The translations under genes and the position numbers were made by a program. A stretch of 63,045 bases of DNA, counting the filler. It is 15 parts of 15 records of this genome, joined end to end, with 100 filler letters (N's around TTAATTAATTAA, not from the genome) between each part and the next. Parts side by side here need not be neighbours in the genome. Positions count along the whole stretch, not along the records: positions 3,179 to 11,837 come from SRR9188676_3032; positions 11,938 to 14,969 come from SRR9188676_3034; positions 15,070 to 17,319 come from SRR9188676_3036; positions 17,420 to 21,320 come from SRR9188676_3038; positions 21,421 to 24,554 come from SRR9188676_3054; 10 more parts are not named here. One strand, written 5' to 3'. How positions within the stretch are numbered: position 1 is the stretch's first letter; each line of letters opens with the position of its first letter. Shown here piece after piece: positions 10,639-23,658 of this stretch. The notes beneath the pieces were generated by a model. The model searched no databases and was not told where the DNA came from. It saw only the letters and a list, made by a program, of their open reading frames with translations.

Positions 10639-11748
10639 ATGAAACTAAACATTGCCATTGTCGGCTTAGGATTTGGAGCTGAATTTATTCCAATTTATCA
10701 ACGTCACCCGAACACGAATATGTACGCAATTTGTCAGCGTACTGAAGAGAAACTCAATGCCATTGGCGATGCCTTCGGAATCGAAAAGCGTTATACAAGC
10801 TTTGAAGATTTATTAGCTGACCCAGCTGTAGATGTTGTACACATCAATTCTCCGATTCATAATCATGCTGAACAAAGCTTAAAAGCCTTGAATGCAGGCA
10901 AACACGTAGCTTGTACCGTTCCGATGGCAACTTCTGTAGAAGAATGTAAAGCAATCGTTGAAGCGACAAGAAGAACAGGCAAAAAATACATGATGATGGA
11001 AACCGTAGTTTACAGTCGTGAATTTTTGTATGTGAAAGAATTATACGAAAAAGGAGAATTAGGAAAAGTACAATTCTTGAAAGCTTCGCACCAACAAGAC
11101 ATGGACGGATGGCCAGGTTATTGGCCAGGTTTGCCGCCAATGCACTATGCTACGCACTGTGTGGGTCCTGTAGCTGGTTTGTTGAAATTACAAGCAGAGT
11201 ACGTTTCATGCTTTGGTTCAGGAACAATTCGTGAAGAATTACACCAACATTATAACTCTCCTTTTGCCATTGAATCTGCTCATATCAAATTCAAAGATTC
11301 AGATTTAAGTGCTTTGGTATATCGTTCATTATTTGATGTGGCTCGTCAATACCGTGAAAGTTTTGAAGTATATGGTTCAAAAAAATCTTTTGAATGGTCG
11401 TTAATTGAACACGAAGAACATGTTGTTCATACCGCTAAAAAACCTGAACCAGAAATTCCAGAAAAAGTAACTGTGCCAGATTATGCTCATTATTTACCAG
11501 AAGAAATTCAAGTATTCACAACTGGTGGAGTATATGATACCGACGAAAACCAACACCTTTCTTTCTTGCAAGGTTCTGGTCATGGAGGTTCGCATCCGCA
11601 TCTTGTGCATGAATTTGTTTCGGCAATTGTTGAAGACCGTGACCCATTCCCAAATGCAGAACAATCTGCCAACTGGACATCAGTAGGTATTTTATCACAT
11701 GAATCTGCTTTAAAAGGAGGCGAAATTATTTATATCCCTGATTTTTGA
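10639..11748 (+). CDS. Gfo/Idh/MocA family oxidoreductase
   Basis: Rossmann motif IAIVGLGFG, AGKHVACTVPMA and C-terminal GHGGSH. Confidence 0.92.
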   Translation: MKLNIAIVGLGFGAEFIPIYQRHPNTNMYAICQRTEEKLNAIGDAFGIEKRYTSFEDLLADPAVDVVHINSPIHNHAEQSLKALNAGKHVACTVPMATSVEECKAIVEATRRTGKKYMMMETVVYSREFLYVKELYEKGELGKVQFLKASHQQDMDGWPGYWPGLPPMHYATHCVGPVAGLLKLQAEYVSCFGSGTIREELHQHYNSPFAIESAHIKFKDSDLSALVYRSLFDVARQYRESFEVYGSKKSFEWSLIEHEEHVVHTAKKPEPEIPEKVTVPDYAHYLPEEIQVFTTGGVYDTDENQHLSFLQGSGHGGSHPHLVHEFVSAIVEDRDPFPNAEQSANWTSVGILSHESALKGGEIIYIPDF

Positions 11749-11807
11749 TTTGCATAATAGTGAGGCTGTCCTAAAAGTTTTTGTGACCAAACATTATTCT
11801 GCGCAAG

Positions 11808-11837
11808 ACCTCACCCCCAACCCCTCTCCTGTTGAGA
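11808..11837 (+). repeat. Truncated REP-like element (ACCTCACCCCCAACCCCTCTCC) at contig end
   Basis: GC-rich motif in AT-rich DNA, resembling the widespread CCCCTCTCC..GGAGAGGGG hairpin repeats. The contig breaks here, as expected at a multicopy repeat. Confidence 0.55.
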
Positions 11838-12012
11838 NNNNNNNNNNNNNNNNNNNNNNNNNNNNNNNNNNNNNNNNNNNNTTAATTAATTAANNNNNNN
11901 NNNNNNNNNNNNNNNNNNNNNNNNNNNNNNNNNNNNNCGGAAAGAAGTGAGCTACACAGTGGGAGAAGAAAAGGAGAGAGAAGAGAAAGAGAAAGAGGGA
12001 GAGAGAGCATAC

Positions 12013-13273
12013 ATGCGACAGCCTGGAGGATCTGGCGGGCAAACGCGCGCACCATTTGGTACGAGAATGGGCGGTAATCATTGTTCTTGAGGAAATCGTA
12101 CAGGGACGGCCCGAGGTGCTCGAAGACAAGGCACATGTGGCCCCGGAAGTCAAAGCTATCCAGTAACCGAACCATGTGACTGGAAAAAACGGAAGAACAA
12201 GTCAGGACAACATGATGGACCTCTCATAGATTGTCTCTTCGATCGATGGACTCGGAAAACTCGAAAGGAGAGGGAAGGGTTGAAATACGAGAGAGAGACG
12301 AGGGGGGTGGACCTGAAGGAAGAAAGGGAAAACGGACTTACTATTTATCGTCAGTATCATGTTTTTTCAAATGTCGAAGAATGTCAATTTCAATCAAGGC
12401 TGCCTCACGATACTTTTCAATATTCTACAGAGAAGCATTCACAGTGAGATTTCGATCGCGGCCATCAAGAAAAGCAACGTACTTTGACCAATTTGATTGC
12501 GCAATAACTTTTTGTCTCCCGATCCCAACATTCCATCACTTTGCCGAAGGTGCCTTCGCCAAGTTCCGAGAGAATCTTATCTGCAGGGAGCGAAGTGAGA
12601 GTCAGACATGCGAATATCAAAATAATACAATGCAATTTTAAATCCATGATATTCAAAGAAAGTTTATCGAAAAAGAAGGTCAGTCAGGAGTGTCGCACGA
12701 AATGATCATGTGTGATTGAACGACCCGTAACGAAATTCAGAAATGCAAAAGATAAGAAGCTTGGGAGGAAACGTACATCGTGGAGTAATGCTCTCTCCAA
12801 GCTTGTACATGTAATGTCCATCCTTGTCGTCGTACTTGCGCGCGTACTCCTTTCGCCGATGCGCCGCATCCGAGGTGCTTCGAGATCGCGACGGGTAGCG
12901 CCGCCGCTTGTCCTTTCTAGTATCTCCACTATGATCACGGCTATCTTTCAAGCTGTAATGCCGTTTCTTCCTCGCTCCTTCACTACTCACCATTTTATTC
13001 GGAAAATGGTCCAAAATTATAAATATAGAGGGAAGGGGGAAAGAGAAGATATCTTGAGAATGTTATGATGCATATAAGAAATGCATTCAACAAGAAAAAG
13101 AAAGCGATCCAAGAGAAAAAAGGATGCTGTTCATGGAGAGAAGTCCGATGATGCGAGAGATGATTTCGAGGATAGAATTTGGAGAAGTGGAAAGTAAAGA
13201 TTGCGCAAAGGTACCTTTCATGCGATCCTCGCCTTCGTTTGTTTGAATCTTTCGCATCAGTAAATCGATACAT
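12013..13273 (-). CDS. CLK/LAMMER dual-specificity protein kinase (multi-exon, 3' truncated)
   Basis: Spliced exons give an RS-rich N-terminus, then DDKDGHY...RYKILSELGEGTFGKVMECWD...AIK, NIEKYREAALIEIDIL and FDFRGHMCLVFEHLGPSLYDFLKNNDYRPF. The first exon at 13273 is tentative. Confidence 0.88.
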
Positions 13274-13612
13274 CGTTGCGAGGTGACGGGTTCGCGGCGA
13301 GAGAAAAAAAAAGAAATTCGTGTTGTGCTTCCAATCTGGATCCAAATCCAGATGCACACTTTCTTAGCCCCCCTCTGTCACGTTAAATCCTCAGTCATAA
13401 GTGATGCTGTTCCATCTCAAGAATTGTCCAAAGATTTTGTTAGCAGGGGATTCCACTTCCTGGTATGCTACATATGTTTCTTCATTTTCTCCGACTTCAC
13501 TTCTCGGAGCGAAATCCAAGGAGTTCAGGCTAAAATGATCTGTATACAGAGTTTTGTTGTTTAAGGTGGGTGGGTGGGGGGGGGTCTGAGAATTATTGCG
13601 TGATGTGACCTC

Positions 13613-14633
13613 ATGAATCACAGGCAGGCGAGCGAACAACGGCAGGAATTAGATCGTCAGTCATTCCCTTTACCGAAGACTCCATTTATTATTTCAAAGA
13701 CAGAGTATATTCGCGACATGCACATAGAGAAGGAGCTCAAGATCTTTGTTGGCACCTGGAACGTGGGAAATGCGGAGCCAAAAGAATTAGGTAATCGAGC
13801 ACATCCAGTGATAGTTTTGCGGTCCCCTGGCTGAATTTGTTTCTTCCAGAAAAGTGGATTCCCAAAGCCGGTGAAGGGTATGATATTATTGCGATCGGTG
13901 CACAAGAAGCCAATTATGAGGGGTTGGTTGGAACGATTGTCCCCTCCCAACATTGGTTCGATAGCATCATAGCCCTCGTAGGGGATAAGTTTTGGAAAGG
14001 TGGACATTTCATATTACCTCCTCATAATTTATATCTAGCTTGTATTTATTCTCTGCTTGGCTTGCTTGTAGTCACCCAGACAGAGCTTGCCCAGATGAGG
14101 ATGGTTGTCCTCGCCCGAACTGAGTCCATCAAGCCCTCCGACGTCTGTATGCGGATTCAAGTTTTCCACTATCTTTTCTCTTTCTGATATCTTTCTCATG
14201 TAGCTTTCATTGAGTCCGGGAGCGAGGCCACGGGTCTGGGACATCTGTACGGGAACAAGGTCAGATATGAAGTTGTCCTCTCTTCAACGTTCTCTCATCA
14301 CCGTTCTCTCTTTCTGTAGGGAGGAATTGCATGCCGTTTCGTGATCCTCAATAGAACCTCAGTTCTTTTCATCAGCAGTCACCTTGGTAAGTCAAGCACC
14401 CCTTTCCGCGGCATCATTCCAAGCACGTTTGTAACTATCGACCTACATGCATGTATTCTCCCTTCTAACACCTTTCATTTTTGTCCACGACTTCTATGGT
14501 TCTATGTCTTTCTCTACTTTTCTCAGCTGCTCATTTCGAGAACCTCTCTCGGCGCAACCATGACTACAGTGAGATCGTCGGCGGTCTGAATTTGGGCATC
14601 CCCAACGTGGATTGCGTCAGCCAGACACACCAG
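13613..14633 (+). CDS. Inositol polyphosphate 5-phosphatase (multi-exon, partial)
   Basis: Exons encode IFVGTWNVGN, YDIIAIGAQE, TGLGHLYGNKGG, FISSHLAAH and RRNHDY. GT-AG introns. Confidence 0.88.
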
Positions 14634-17419
14634 TATGTGAATCCCCGCAGAGGATAGTAACCAGATAACTAAGGCGATATCTGACATATATTCTCTGTTT
14701 CTCGAGGGGATACATCTCTTCCCGCTTTTTGTTCGACTCAAACTGTGATCTACAGCATCGTAAATCTCCTTTTCGCGATGATTACCCTGAATTTTTTCTG
14801 TGTATGATGGTATCACATCTTCATGCTGACCTCTCGCTGGTCTTTTCGTTATTCCCTTTCTTTGTCTTTGCAATAATTTTAATAGTTATTTCGTGCGGAG
14901 GGAATTTTCTGCATGGTTAGTGGCTGGAAAAAGAACTGGCGTCAGGAAAGTGGTACAGGAAAGTGACATNNNNNNNNNNNNNNNNNNNNNNNNNNNNNNN
15001 NNNNNNNNNNNNNTTAATTAATTAANNNNNNNNNNNNNNNNNNNNNNNNNNNNNNNNNNNNNNNNNNNNTCCTCTTATGAAGAAGAAGAATCTCTCTTGT
15101 TGATGCTTAACATGAATGGATAGATCTATTTGATATTCATCCAGATCACTGCACATTTTGCTCACAAAAGATCCCATTAAGGGACGAGCAGCAGCGCAGC
15201 TACTTTCATGTTTTCTTCCCCTATATTTGCGAACATTAGAACAGAACTCTTAACCTCAACCTCTTCTCCTTCCTCATCACTTATTCCTCTCACTGCTGCT
15301 CAGGACAGTTAACGTTGTCCTTCATTGCACCCCAGCTTGACTTTTTATACTTTCGTTTCTTTGGACCTGTCTGTATCAGTGTGCTCAGCGTGCTTGGACG
15401 GCTATTGTCCGTTGGCGGACTCAACAATCCAACATACGAATACCTCTATGTCCGCATTAATACCCATTCAATCCCTTCAGATCATTCAACCCTCCTCCTG
15501 AAGCCTACAAGGCTGCACTCAAAGAAGTACGAACTAGGAATGCAGAAGTCCAGGAATCAGCTCGTACTTTCAATGAAGTGAGACAGACAGGCAACAGATA
15601 TTGTTGAACGATCCTGAAAAACTTATCTTTAACTGTTTTTGAAGATCATCATACCTACCGGCTGAAGAAGCAATTCATAATCTCACTATTGCCATCATAG
15701 GGATTAAGTCCTTCGATACTTGTCTAGATATCGAGGTCATCGATACAATCAAAGAAGACTACCTCTCACCAAAGCCGTGGAATGCGTCTACAATGGTACT
15801 CTCATCCTTTCCCCAAGCCCAGCTTGAACCTTCTCTGTCTCCACGAAAACCGAAAAGACGGAAGATTCTCATCGTCCAAAAAACCAAAAGAATATACAAG
15901 CACATTCACAGGCAATAAACTCAAGAATGTAATTCTTCTCAAATCGAATATCGTTCTCTTCGACTATTGGTCCAAGTTTTAGTACTAGACACCATCCTTA
16001 GGCGAATTACGGGTGTCATCACTGAACATATAGATCACCTTCGAAACACTCAGCGAGAATGTAAATGGATCAAGCCTTCCAAAAATTCATGTCTCACCTT
16101 TATGAGAGCCCTGTGAGGCGAAAGTGGTCGATGGATGCGGTGTTTTCCGCAGAAAAAACACCAGAGAGTGAAACTCTGTTGCGATTACTTCAGTTCAACC
16201 CATTTTTCGAAGGTTTAATATTCTATTTGAATTCTATTTTGCCTCGGCACAAAAGTTATCAGGGTTGTGAATAGGAAAGAAGAACAGAACTAAGTCCGGT
16301 GGGTTGCCAATTCAGGGCCTTCCCCTGGGAGTATCCGGTCGCTGAAAATTGCGTTATGCTTCTGGAGGCGTCTGAGTACAACGGTAAAAAGAACATTCTA
16401 AAAAATCATGGAAATCCCCTATTTGTGAGGCTATTTGTGAGGAACCTCGATGACGTAAAACAATGGCAGCCGATTGATATGTTTTAACAGTATGGTCTGT
16501 TGACAATGCTTCTGACAAGATCCTCTTGTTTCTGACTCCGGAATTCTGCAGGACGATATTCCAGAGCTGGTTTTTTCACGTATATCATTCCCTCCACTTT
16601 TCTCTGACGTTCATGACTCTCTTTTGCAGGGTGGGTGGAACACGCTCTGACACCAGAAGCCGCGCCATTTAGGTTGAAATGATTTCTGAAATTCTTGCCG
16701 CTGAGAGTCACAGAGTGGGTCTCGCTTCCAAGTGTCCTTTTTCATTCATTTTCTCGCCTAATCAAGCTTAATCGAGATCTCATTTCCCCTTAAATTAATG
16801 GAGCGAAATGTTTACTGGCAATCATGATTTTTCTCTATTCAGTAAATTTTTCTTTCTGATAATGTTCACCAGTCTAGGGCAAAGTATTTAGGTTGATTTT
16901 CTAGAGCCGAGAGGGAGCAACACCAATCGTAACAACTCCTGCGGACATCTGTTGGATAAAACAGTTATGGGGAAAGAGGTCTCTGAGAGAAGAAATGCGG
17001 CTATACAGCAGCTTGTGAACTGCACAGGGCTTATGCTTTTTTTCGTAGACTTCCTTCTGTGAGTACGAAAAAGCTTCATGAAAACTATAAGGGAGCAGCG
17101 GATTGCCCCCCATTTCACTCGACGAGCCACTGTTTATACCACACGCCCTCGTCAAGCTGCTTGATAAATCTCCGTGAGCAGCGATTGTGACCGATCGAGA
17201 TGAACAATATCGAGTGTTGTATATGTAAGTTCTACACAGGCAGTCTCACCGAGCTCGAGCTCTGATGACTCCAGCATGAGAAGCGAGTCGATGTGCCACG
17301 CAGATTCATCACGAGACCANNNNNNNNNNNNNNNNNNNNNNNNNNNNNNNNNNNNNNNNNNNNTTAATTAATTAANNNNNNNNNNNNNNNNNNNNNNNNN
17401 NNNNNNNNNNNNNNNNNNN

Positions 17420-20400
17420 GCACGCGATAGTCATCCTTTTCCACGGGCAGGTCCTGGATGAGTGGTTTCGGGTTAGGGGTCTTCGGTGTCTTGCTGCCTG
17501 ACTTCTTAGTTGCCATTGCGGGGGTGGAGACGGCTCCGTTGGTGTGGTGCGATTGGGCCAGCATCTCGAACATGCCGGAGTTCCTGAGGGACATGTCCTC
17601 GGCCGCAAGGTTGCTCACACTCACCCCCCCTGACGTGTGCATCATGGTGTGCGGGTCCAGCCTGGGGAGGGAAGGAGAAGGCCATGACAGGAGGGGCGAA
17701 AGAGGGATAGCATGGTAAGCCGGGCGAAGAAAGGGGAATGGCATGGTAAGACGGGTGAAGAAAGGGGGAGCGCAACGACGTTAAAAGTGGAATTGTTGCG
17801 GGTGGTAGAGAAATGGAGAAGCAATTGTATAGGTACGCTCAGTAATGACAGGAAGAGCAGAAAAAAAAAAGTTTGATTTAGATGCAGGAGTCTCCATATG
17901 AAGAATGTTGCGGGTGAAGCGGAACCCAGAAATCTCAAACGTAGCATGAGATTGGACTAGGACCTCGCACACGACAATATATTCCGATTTTTCTCCATTC
18001 TTTTATGCATCCTTTTTGAATATTTCAGCATTTAGTTTATGACTCTATGAACTATATGATGATAATAAAATCGGAAGATCTTGCTTGCTTCCAGGTAGAG
18101 AGAGGGTCGAGAAATTATCAAACTAAAATATATGGGCACCGCGCAGCACCCGAGAGGCCATAGCACATTATAACAGAGACTGTATAAGCAAGCGCAGTGA
18201 GTGGCATACCGAGCATTGAGTGTGATGGGTGTCTCCGAGGCGAACCCCTCCCTGTATGTGTGTGCAAGCGCATCTTCGGGCACTGTGGGGATGTCGAATT
18301 CCATTTCTGCGCCTGTGGCACTGCCCTTCCCCTCGCCTAGCCATGTGTTGTGCAGCACAGTGGCAGCTGAGCCAGGGGTCGCGCCCTTTCGCGAAACGCG
18401 TTTCGACTGCCGTGACGCTGAATGAGAGTGAATTGCTTTCACACCAGGCGTCTCCGCTCTGTTCAAAAGTAACCCTCATCAGTATGAGTAACTGTTAGAT
18501 ATATTCCTGCAACCACTTTCCTGGAACTCGTTCATTTTTCAGTCACGATTCATGCGGAAATTAACATCCACAGTGAGAGCAAGAAGATCGAGGATAAAGC
18601 AATCCGGTGATGGTAACTTTTAGATTTGGTTACTATTTTTATCAACAGATTGTGGAATTCTAGAGCGCTTACATTTTTGTCGTAGAATGTTCTAATTCTG
18701 AATCCGAAGTAGAGGCCAAGGACGAGAATCTGAGTGTTGTTATTAGAACCGCGGATTTGACATCAAAATAGACATCAAAATATAGGTCTATATCACCCAC
18801 AAGTCTTCTTTTCATCGAAAAAATGAGAGCGAGAATCGAAATCGACACAAAAAACCACAAAACCACACACACACACGAACGTACGAGGAATCGAGGCGGC
18901 GGGAGGGTCTTTTCGATCCTTTGGTGCCCTTCTTGGATGATGATGACGACGGCCGGTGGATGCGCTCTGAGTACGTGTCAGGGAGCAGAGTGTCATCGTC
19001 TGGAGTCAGCAACAGGCATACCAAAACACACTTCAGCGAAAGATAGGACAGGAAGTCACGCATTAACCGCATGAAAGAATATTTCCGCCAATGTAGAGAG
19101 AGTGTGAAAGACGGGTGGATGGACTGGGAGCAATCAATCACTGCACACAAGCAGTGAAGTGTTCAAGAGTGATGGCAGTGGTGAAGAGAATGCACGAGCG
19201 CATGCACACACACGTAGACACCTTCCGGACAACACAACACATGCACATTCCTATCGAATGGAAACCTGAATGCGACACTCGGACATCCAGCATCACTAGG
19301 TCAGACATACCTGTTGATTGGGCAAGCACGGTGGCCATGTGCGTGTGCAGCATGTGTGTGTGCAGAGGGACCGGCACGGAGTCTGTCCACGCAGACTTCA
19401 CGGTGCGGTCGTGCACTGCCTCCACACCCATGCTCATACCCAGACCCATACCAGAACCCACAGCTGTGACTGACTTGCTGCCCTTCTTCTTGCGCGAAGG
19501 CGACGGCGTGCCGAGTCCTGAGCACATAGGATGTAGATAAAAGCAATGATTAGTTTGGATGACTCATCGGAATGAATTTATGGGATTTATTGGATGACTC
19601 GTGGAAGATATAGGATCAACGAAGACAAAACGAGGAAGAAGGAAGAACAGAATACGGTGAAAGTGAGAAATGGGACCAGGAGATGGTGAGATTCCTCAAT
19701 AGGTTTCAGGATTGAAGGGATTAACGCACCTTTTTTCTGAGTGTTCTGGTTCCCGCCGGCAGCCTTCAGCGCATTCAGCAGCATGGCCATCTGGGGGTCC
19801 TGAGCAGGCTTAGACCTAGGATCGGCACCTTGAGCATGGCCTTGTGGGGCCTGGTAGCCCGGGATGCCCGAGCCCGACAGCAATGCGGGAGTGTTGTGCA
19901 GGGGTTCGAGGAGATTGGAGGCAGCGGCAATGAGGGTCGGGTCGTGTGTCATGCCGGGCAGCTTCGAGATGCGCTCCAGGCGCACAGCTAGTGCCGCCGT
20001 GGCCTCGCGGAGACGCTGTACACGATCATCACCGCCTGCATTCGCTGCTCCTTGGCCAGTGCCTGTGCCTGTGCTTGTGCCTGTGCGGGCTGAGGGTGCC
20101 TCTGGACTCGCATCGCTGTCTCTGTGAAATTTAACGGGACACAACGAAGTTTGGGGTGGGACATTGGGAAACGTGAGATGGTTCATTCATGGGCAACACT
20201 GTGTGATCTAACATGACAACGCTTGCTGTCACTATGGGCGATACACTTCGCTGGCGTGAGATGTGTGTTTGCACGTGTGGGGTGGATGTCTATGCGTGAG
20301 CATAATGTGCGAATTATGAGTGGTATCCTAGGACTTATGAGAATAAGTCGAAGAAAGATGTTCCGTACAAAGTACAAAGATGAAGGAGCGATACAAGTTG

Positions 20401-20710
20401 TGATTGGGAAGTCTATCCCAATCACAAGTTGTGGAAGCGACTGAATCTGGAGTACGTTGTCTGTATTGGGAGCTGATGACTTACTGTGTCTCAGGGTCAG
20501 AGGTGTGCATGACGCCGAGTGCCGCGTGAGCCTGGCGCTGGAACTTCAGACTCTCCTGCCTCTCGCGGGATGTGTGCACGGCGTTCTGGTCCACCGGCAC
20601 GGGGCCGCCGCCGAACTCGTCGTCCGTGAATGAGGATGTGTCCGCACCCTCCTCGGGCAGCGCCGGGATCGCTGTCCCCAGCAGCGCACTCAGCAGAGAC
20701 CGCGCTTTCG
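17420..20710 (-). CDS. Eukaryotic multi-exon hypothetical low-complexity protein (exon set approximate)
   Basis: GC-rich exon-like blocks at ~20490-20710, 19730-20125, 19300-19525, 18880-19000, 18220-18440 and 17420-17660, separated by AT-richer intron-like DNA. No recognisable domain. Confidence 0.45.
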
Positions 20711-21466
20711 AGAGAAACTGTCGGTCTGCAACATGAGATGGAAAATCGAATCAAAGGTGAGAATCGATCGGGACACTCATCAATAATCAGCAAATCCAAT
20801 CTATCTCAAAGAAGAAACCATGAGAATACCAACAAATAACTTGCAAATCAGTGAACTAGAGATGAAAATGTAAACACTTCTTTATGCAAACATTTGTAAG
20901 AATTTAATGGGCAACAGGCCTCACACTGAATAATTTGAGCATAATGATGGATGCATCTGTCGACCTCGCCCCTCAGTATGCTCCATTGTTCCGTATAGAT
21001 TCTGACATTATTCATTAAAGATTTAGAACTGGTTGATCTAGGGTGATGATGCCACTCGCCTCAGTAGCGTGAACAGAGTGACTCCAGTTCACCATCGATG
21101 AAGTAACGCAGGGTCCCAAGCCAGCTTTCTCCGAGCATCCAAAGTTCGAAATCTCTTTAACAAACACTGATTCAACTCGAAATTGGTATGTCTAATCTCC
21201 AAGTCGAGATCTTAAGCAGCCTGAAGATCAAATAAATTGCACAGTAAAGGTGTGGACCCTGCAATAAAATCCGAAAATTGGTCAACTCCTTCAATCTGCC
21301 CGAGTGGCCCAATGGATAAGNNNNNNNNNNNNNNNNNNNNNNNNNNNNNNNNNNNNNNNNNNNNTTAATTAATTAANNNNNNNNNNNNNNNNNNNNNNNN
21401 NNNNNNNNNNNNNNNNNNNNCCCACGACAAACGGCAAATAAATAAATAATAAATAAAATATTCATA

Positions 21467-22568
21467 CCTGAGTATGAATGAAGAACTGATAGATCAGAGA
21501 AATCTGACGATGCATCATCATGATGGGGGGCGATAAGAAGAATGCCAGAGGGAGGTAGAACTTCCAGGTGAACCAGCGCTGGATCACACTTTGGCGCAGT
21601 GCTGTTGACAAGTTGTAGTCTTCGGCAGAGTGATGCACTCCGTGACCTGCCCAGAATAGGTTCACCTCGTGGGACATACGATGAGCCCTAGCATGAAGAA
21701 AAAATATAATCAGAGGTCAGAGGTCAAAAGGAAGAAGTCGGAAAGAAAACACGTCGAAAAAAGTTGAGGAGGTCCCGCAATTTGTCATCGATAACTAGAA
21801 TTAAGGGAAATGAGGAATAATAAGCCCAGAAAGCAGCGGGGCGATCAAGATCAACTATAGGACAATAAAAGACAAAAAAGACTGAATAGAGGTACACCAT
21901 AAAAAAAAATCCACAAACCAATAATAGCCGTAGTCGCAACCAATTAAGCACAGCCACCAACCGAAAACGCTGGAGGACAATGAGTCAGTTTTAAGAGTCA
22001 ACGAGAGAAATGGAAGAGCGGAAAACTCGCAAACCTCTCAGTAGCAAACTCAAGACTCTGGATTCGGTAGAATCGCCAGATGTAAGCATAGAGCGCAATA
22101 TCAATAGAGTACGCGAACACGTCTGAGATAACCTGGTAACACAGAGCAAGAAATATTTTTCAATACACTTCAACGCAAACAAGTCGGTTCATAGAGTTCA
22201 AAATTAATCCAATTCACAAATCCGAGGGGAAAATATGACTTCTCTCACCTGCACCATGCCTGCCGTGATTGAGCTCATAGCATCGTTCATCCGATAGACT
22301 TTGAGCCCACTATAAAGGAATTCGGATAAGATATATGAAAATATTCATCTAAAATAAGAAAATACCGAACAAAAGCAATGAATAATTCAAGAAATATCGA
22401 CAAGTAGAAGATTGGGACAAAAGGAATGACGATATCGGTCACAGGGAAGCATTTCTTTTCGAGATGCCAATCCCAAATTGATTCGCCGACACAATCTGCA
22501 TCGACTGTTGGAAAAAGGATCACCATAAGGTGATCCCAATGCGTTTTAAACTCGGGCGGGAACTCCAT
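21467..22568 (-). CDS. AGMO: Alkylglycerol monooxygenase (TMEM195; fatty acid hydroxylase family), multi-exon, 3' truncated
   Basis: Spliced product includes YRMNDAMSSITAG, DYGYYWAHRMSHEVNLFWAGHGVHHSAEDYNLSTALRQS and YQFFIHT, the His-box pattern of AGMO. Confidence 0.88.
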
Positions 22569-22801
22569 ATCGAGCGGAAAATCTCAACCTTTCACATCGG
22601 TCATTCGCTCTATACACCCCGTATGACTTACCCCGGGGTAATTTTTGACTGCTGTGATACCGGGAATCTTTTGTTTACAGATCTCATCGACTGAAATTTC
22701 TAACGGAAAAGATGAAAAATTGACATTTTTCCCCCATCGAGCAATCGCAGCCTTAATTCACTCGATTTCAGATATTCAAGCTCAAACTCCTATTTATATT
22801 C

Positions 22802-23658
22802 ATGCCTTCTGCCACAGCGGTAGATCGGGCCTTTGAGGACGCAGGCTCTTGGGCCGAAGGGCTATCGAGATATAAGTCATCGAAAGAAAATCTTCAGTAC
22901 TCACAGCCCGCGATTTTTCACGAAACTCACCGCCAAAAGTCGCACGACGCATTCTATCGCGGTTTAAATCCAATCAAACAAGTCTTCAATGACCCGAAGC
23001 TGGTATTCCACTTTGGTTCTAAATATGTCATGGCTATTTTTCTGACATATTTTCTTGCCTGCAGAATGAGACTGTAACGAAAGAAGAAAGCAAACAGAAG
23101 CTTAAAAAGCTAAATGAAGCTTATGTACGTTTAATCCTGTCTTCCTCTTCTTTATATCCATCTCATGCTCCTTTCCCATATAGGATCACACAATTCGCTT
23201 CGAAGGGAAATACAATGTGATTAATCACCGCTTTCGAAAGGAAGGTCTATCGGTTGTCTCTGAGGTGCAGGATCCCTCAAGGACGTGGCATGCAGAACGC
23301 AATACCTCCGATCCTACGAGGTAACAGACCTTCTCTTGGATCCATCTTCACGAGCATCAGCTCACAATTCTGTTTTTTTTCTTCTCGTGTAGCCCTAAAA
23401 AGCAAACATTCGCAACCTTAGGTTCTCGGACAAATTACAATATCGTGTCCGGCCTTGATCTGGATAAGCACTTTAGCGGCGACCGAGTCCCTCCGTAAGC
23501 CTCTCGTCCATTTATTTCTCGTTTCGATACATTCATGTGCTTGCATTCTGATACATTTCCTTGCTCAATTATAGGCCTGAAAAGAAGAAACTTATGGGCA
23601 AAAAAACGGGTATCGAGCCCCACCATGCGGCCCGAGACTACGCAATTGTCAATAACCG
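22802..23658 (+). CDS. Multi-exon hypothetical protein with repeated YN/FN-I/V motifs, resembling ciliary microtubule-associated proteins
   Basis: Exons give LNPIKQVFND, KYNVINH, NYNIVSG and RDYAIVNNR. GT-AG introns. Head-to-head with AGMO. Function is inference. Confidence 0.55.

Noticed and set aside
17681..17768. Three degenerate ~30-bp purine-rich repeats
   Set aside because: Ordinary intronic minisatellite forming the polypyrimidine side of a minus-strand intron.
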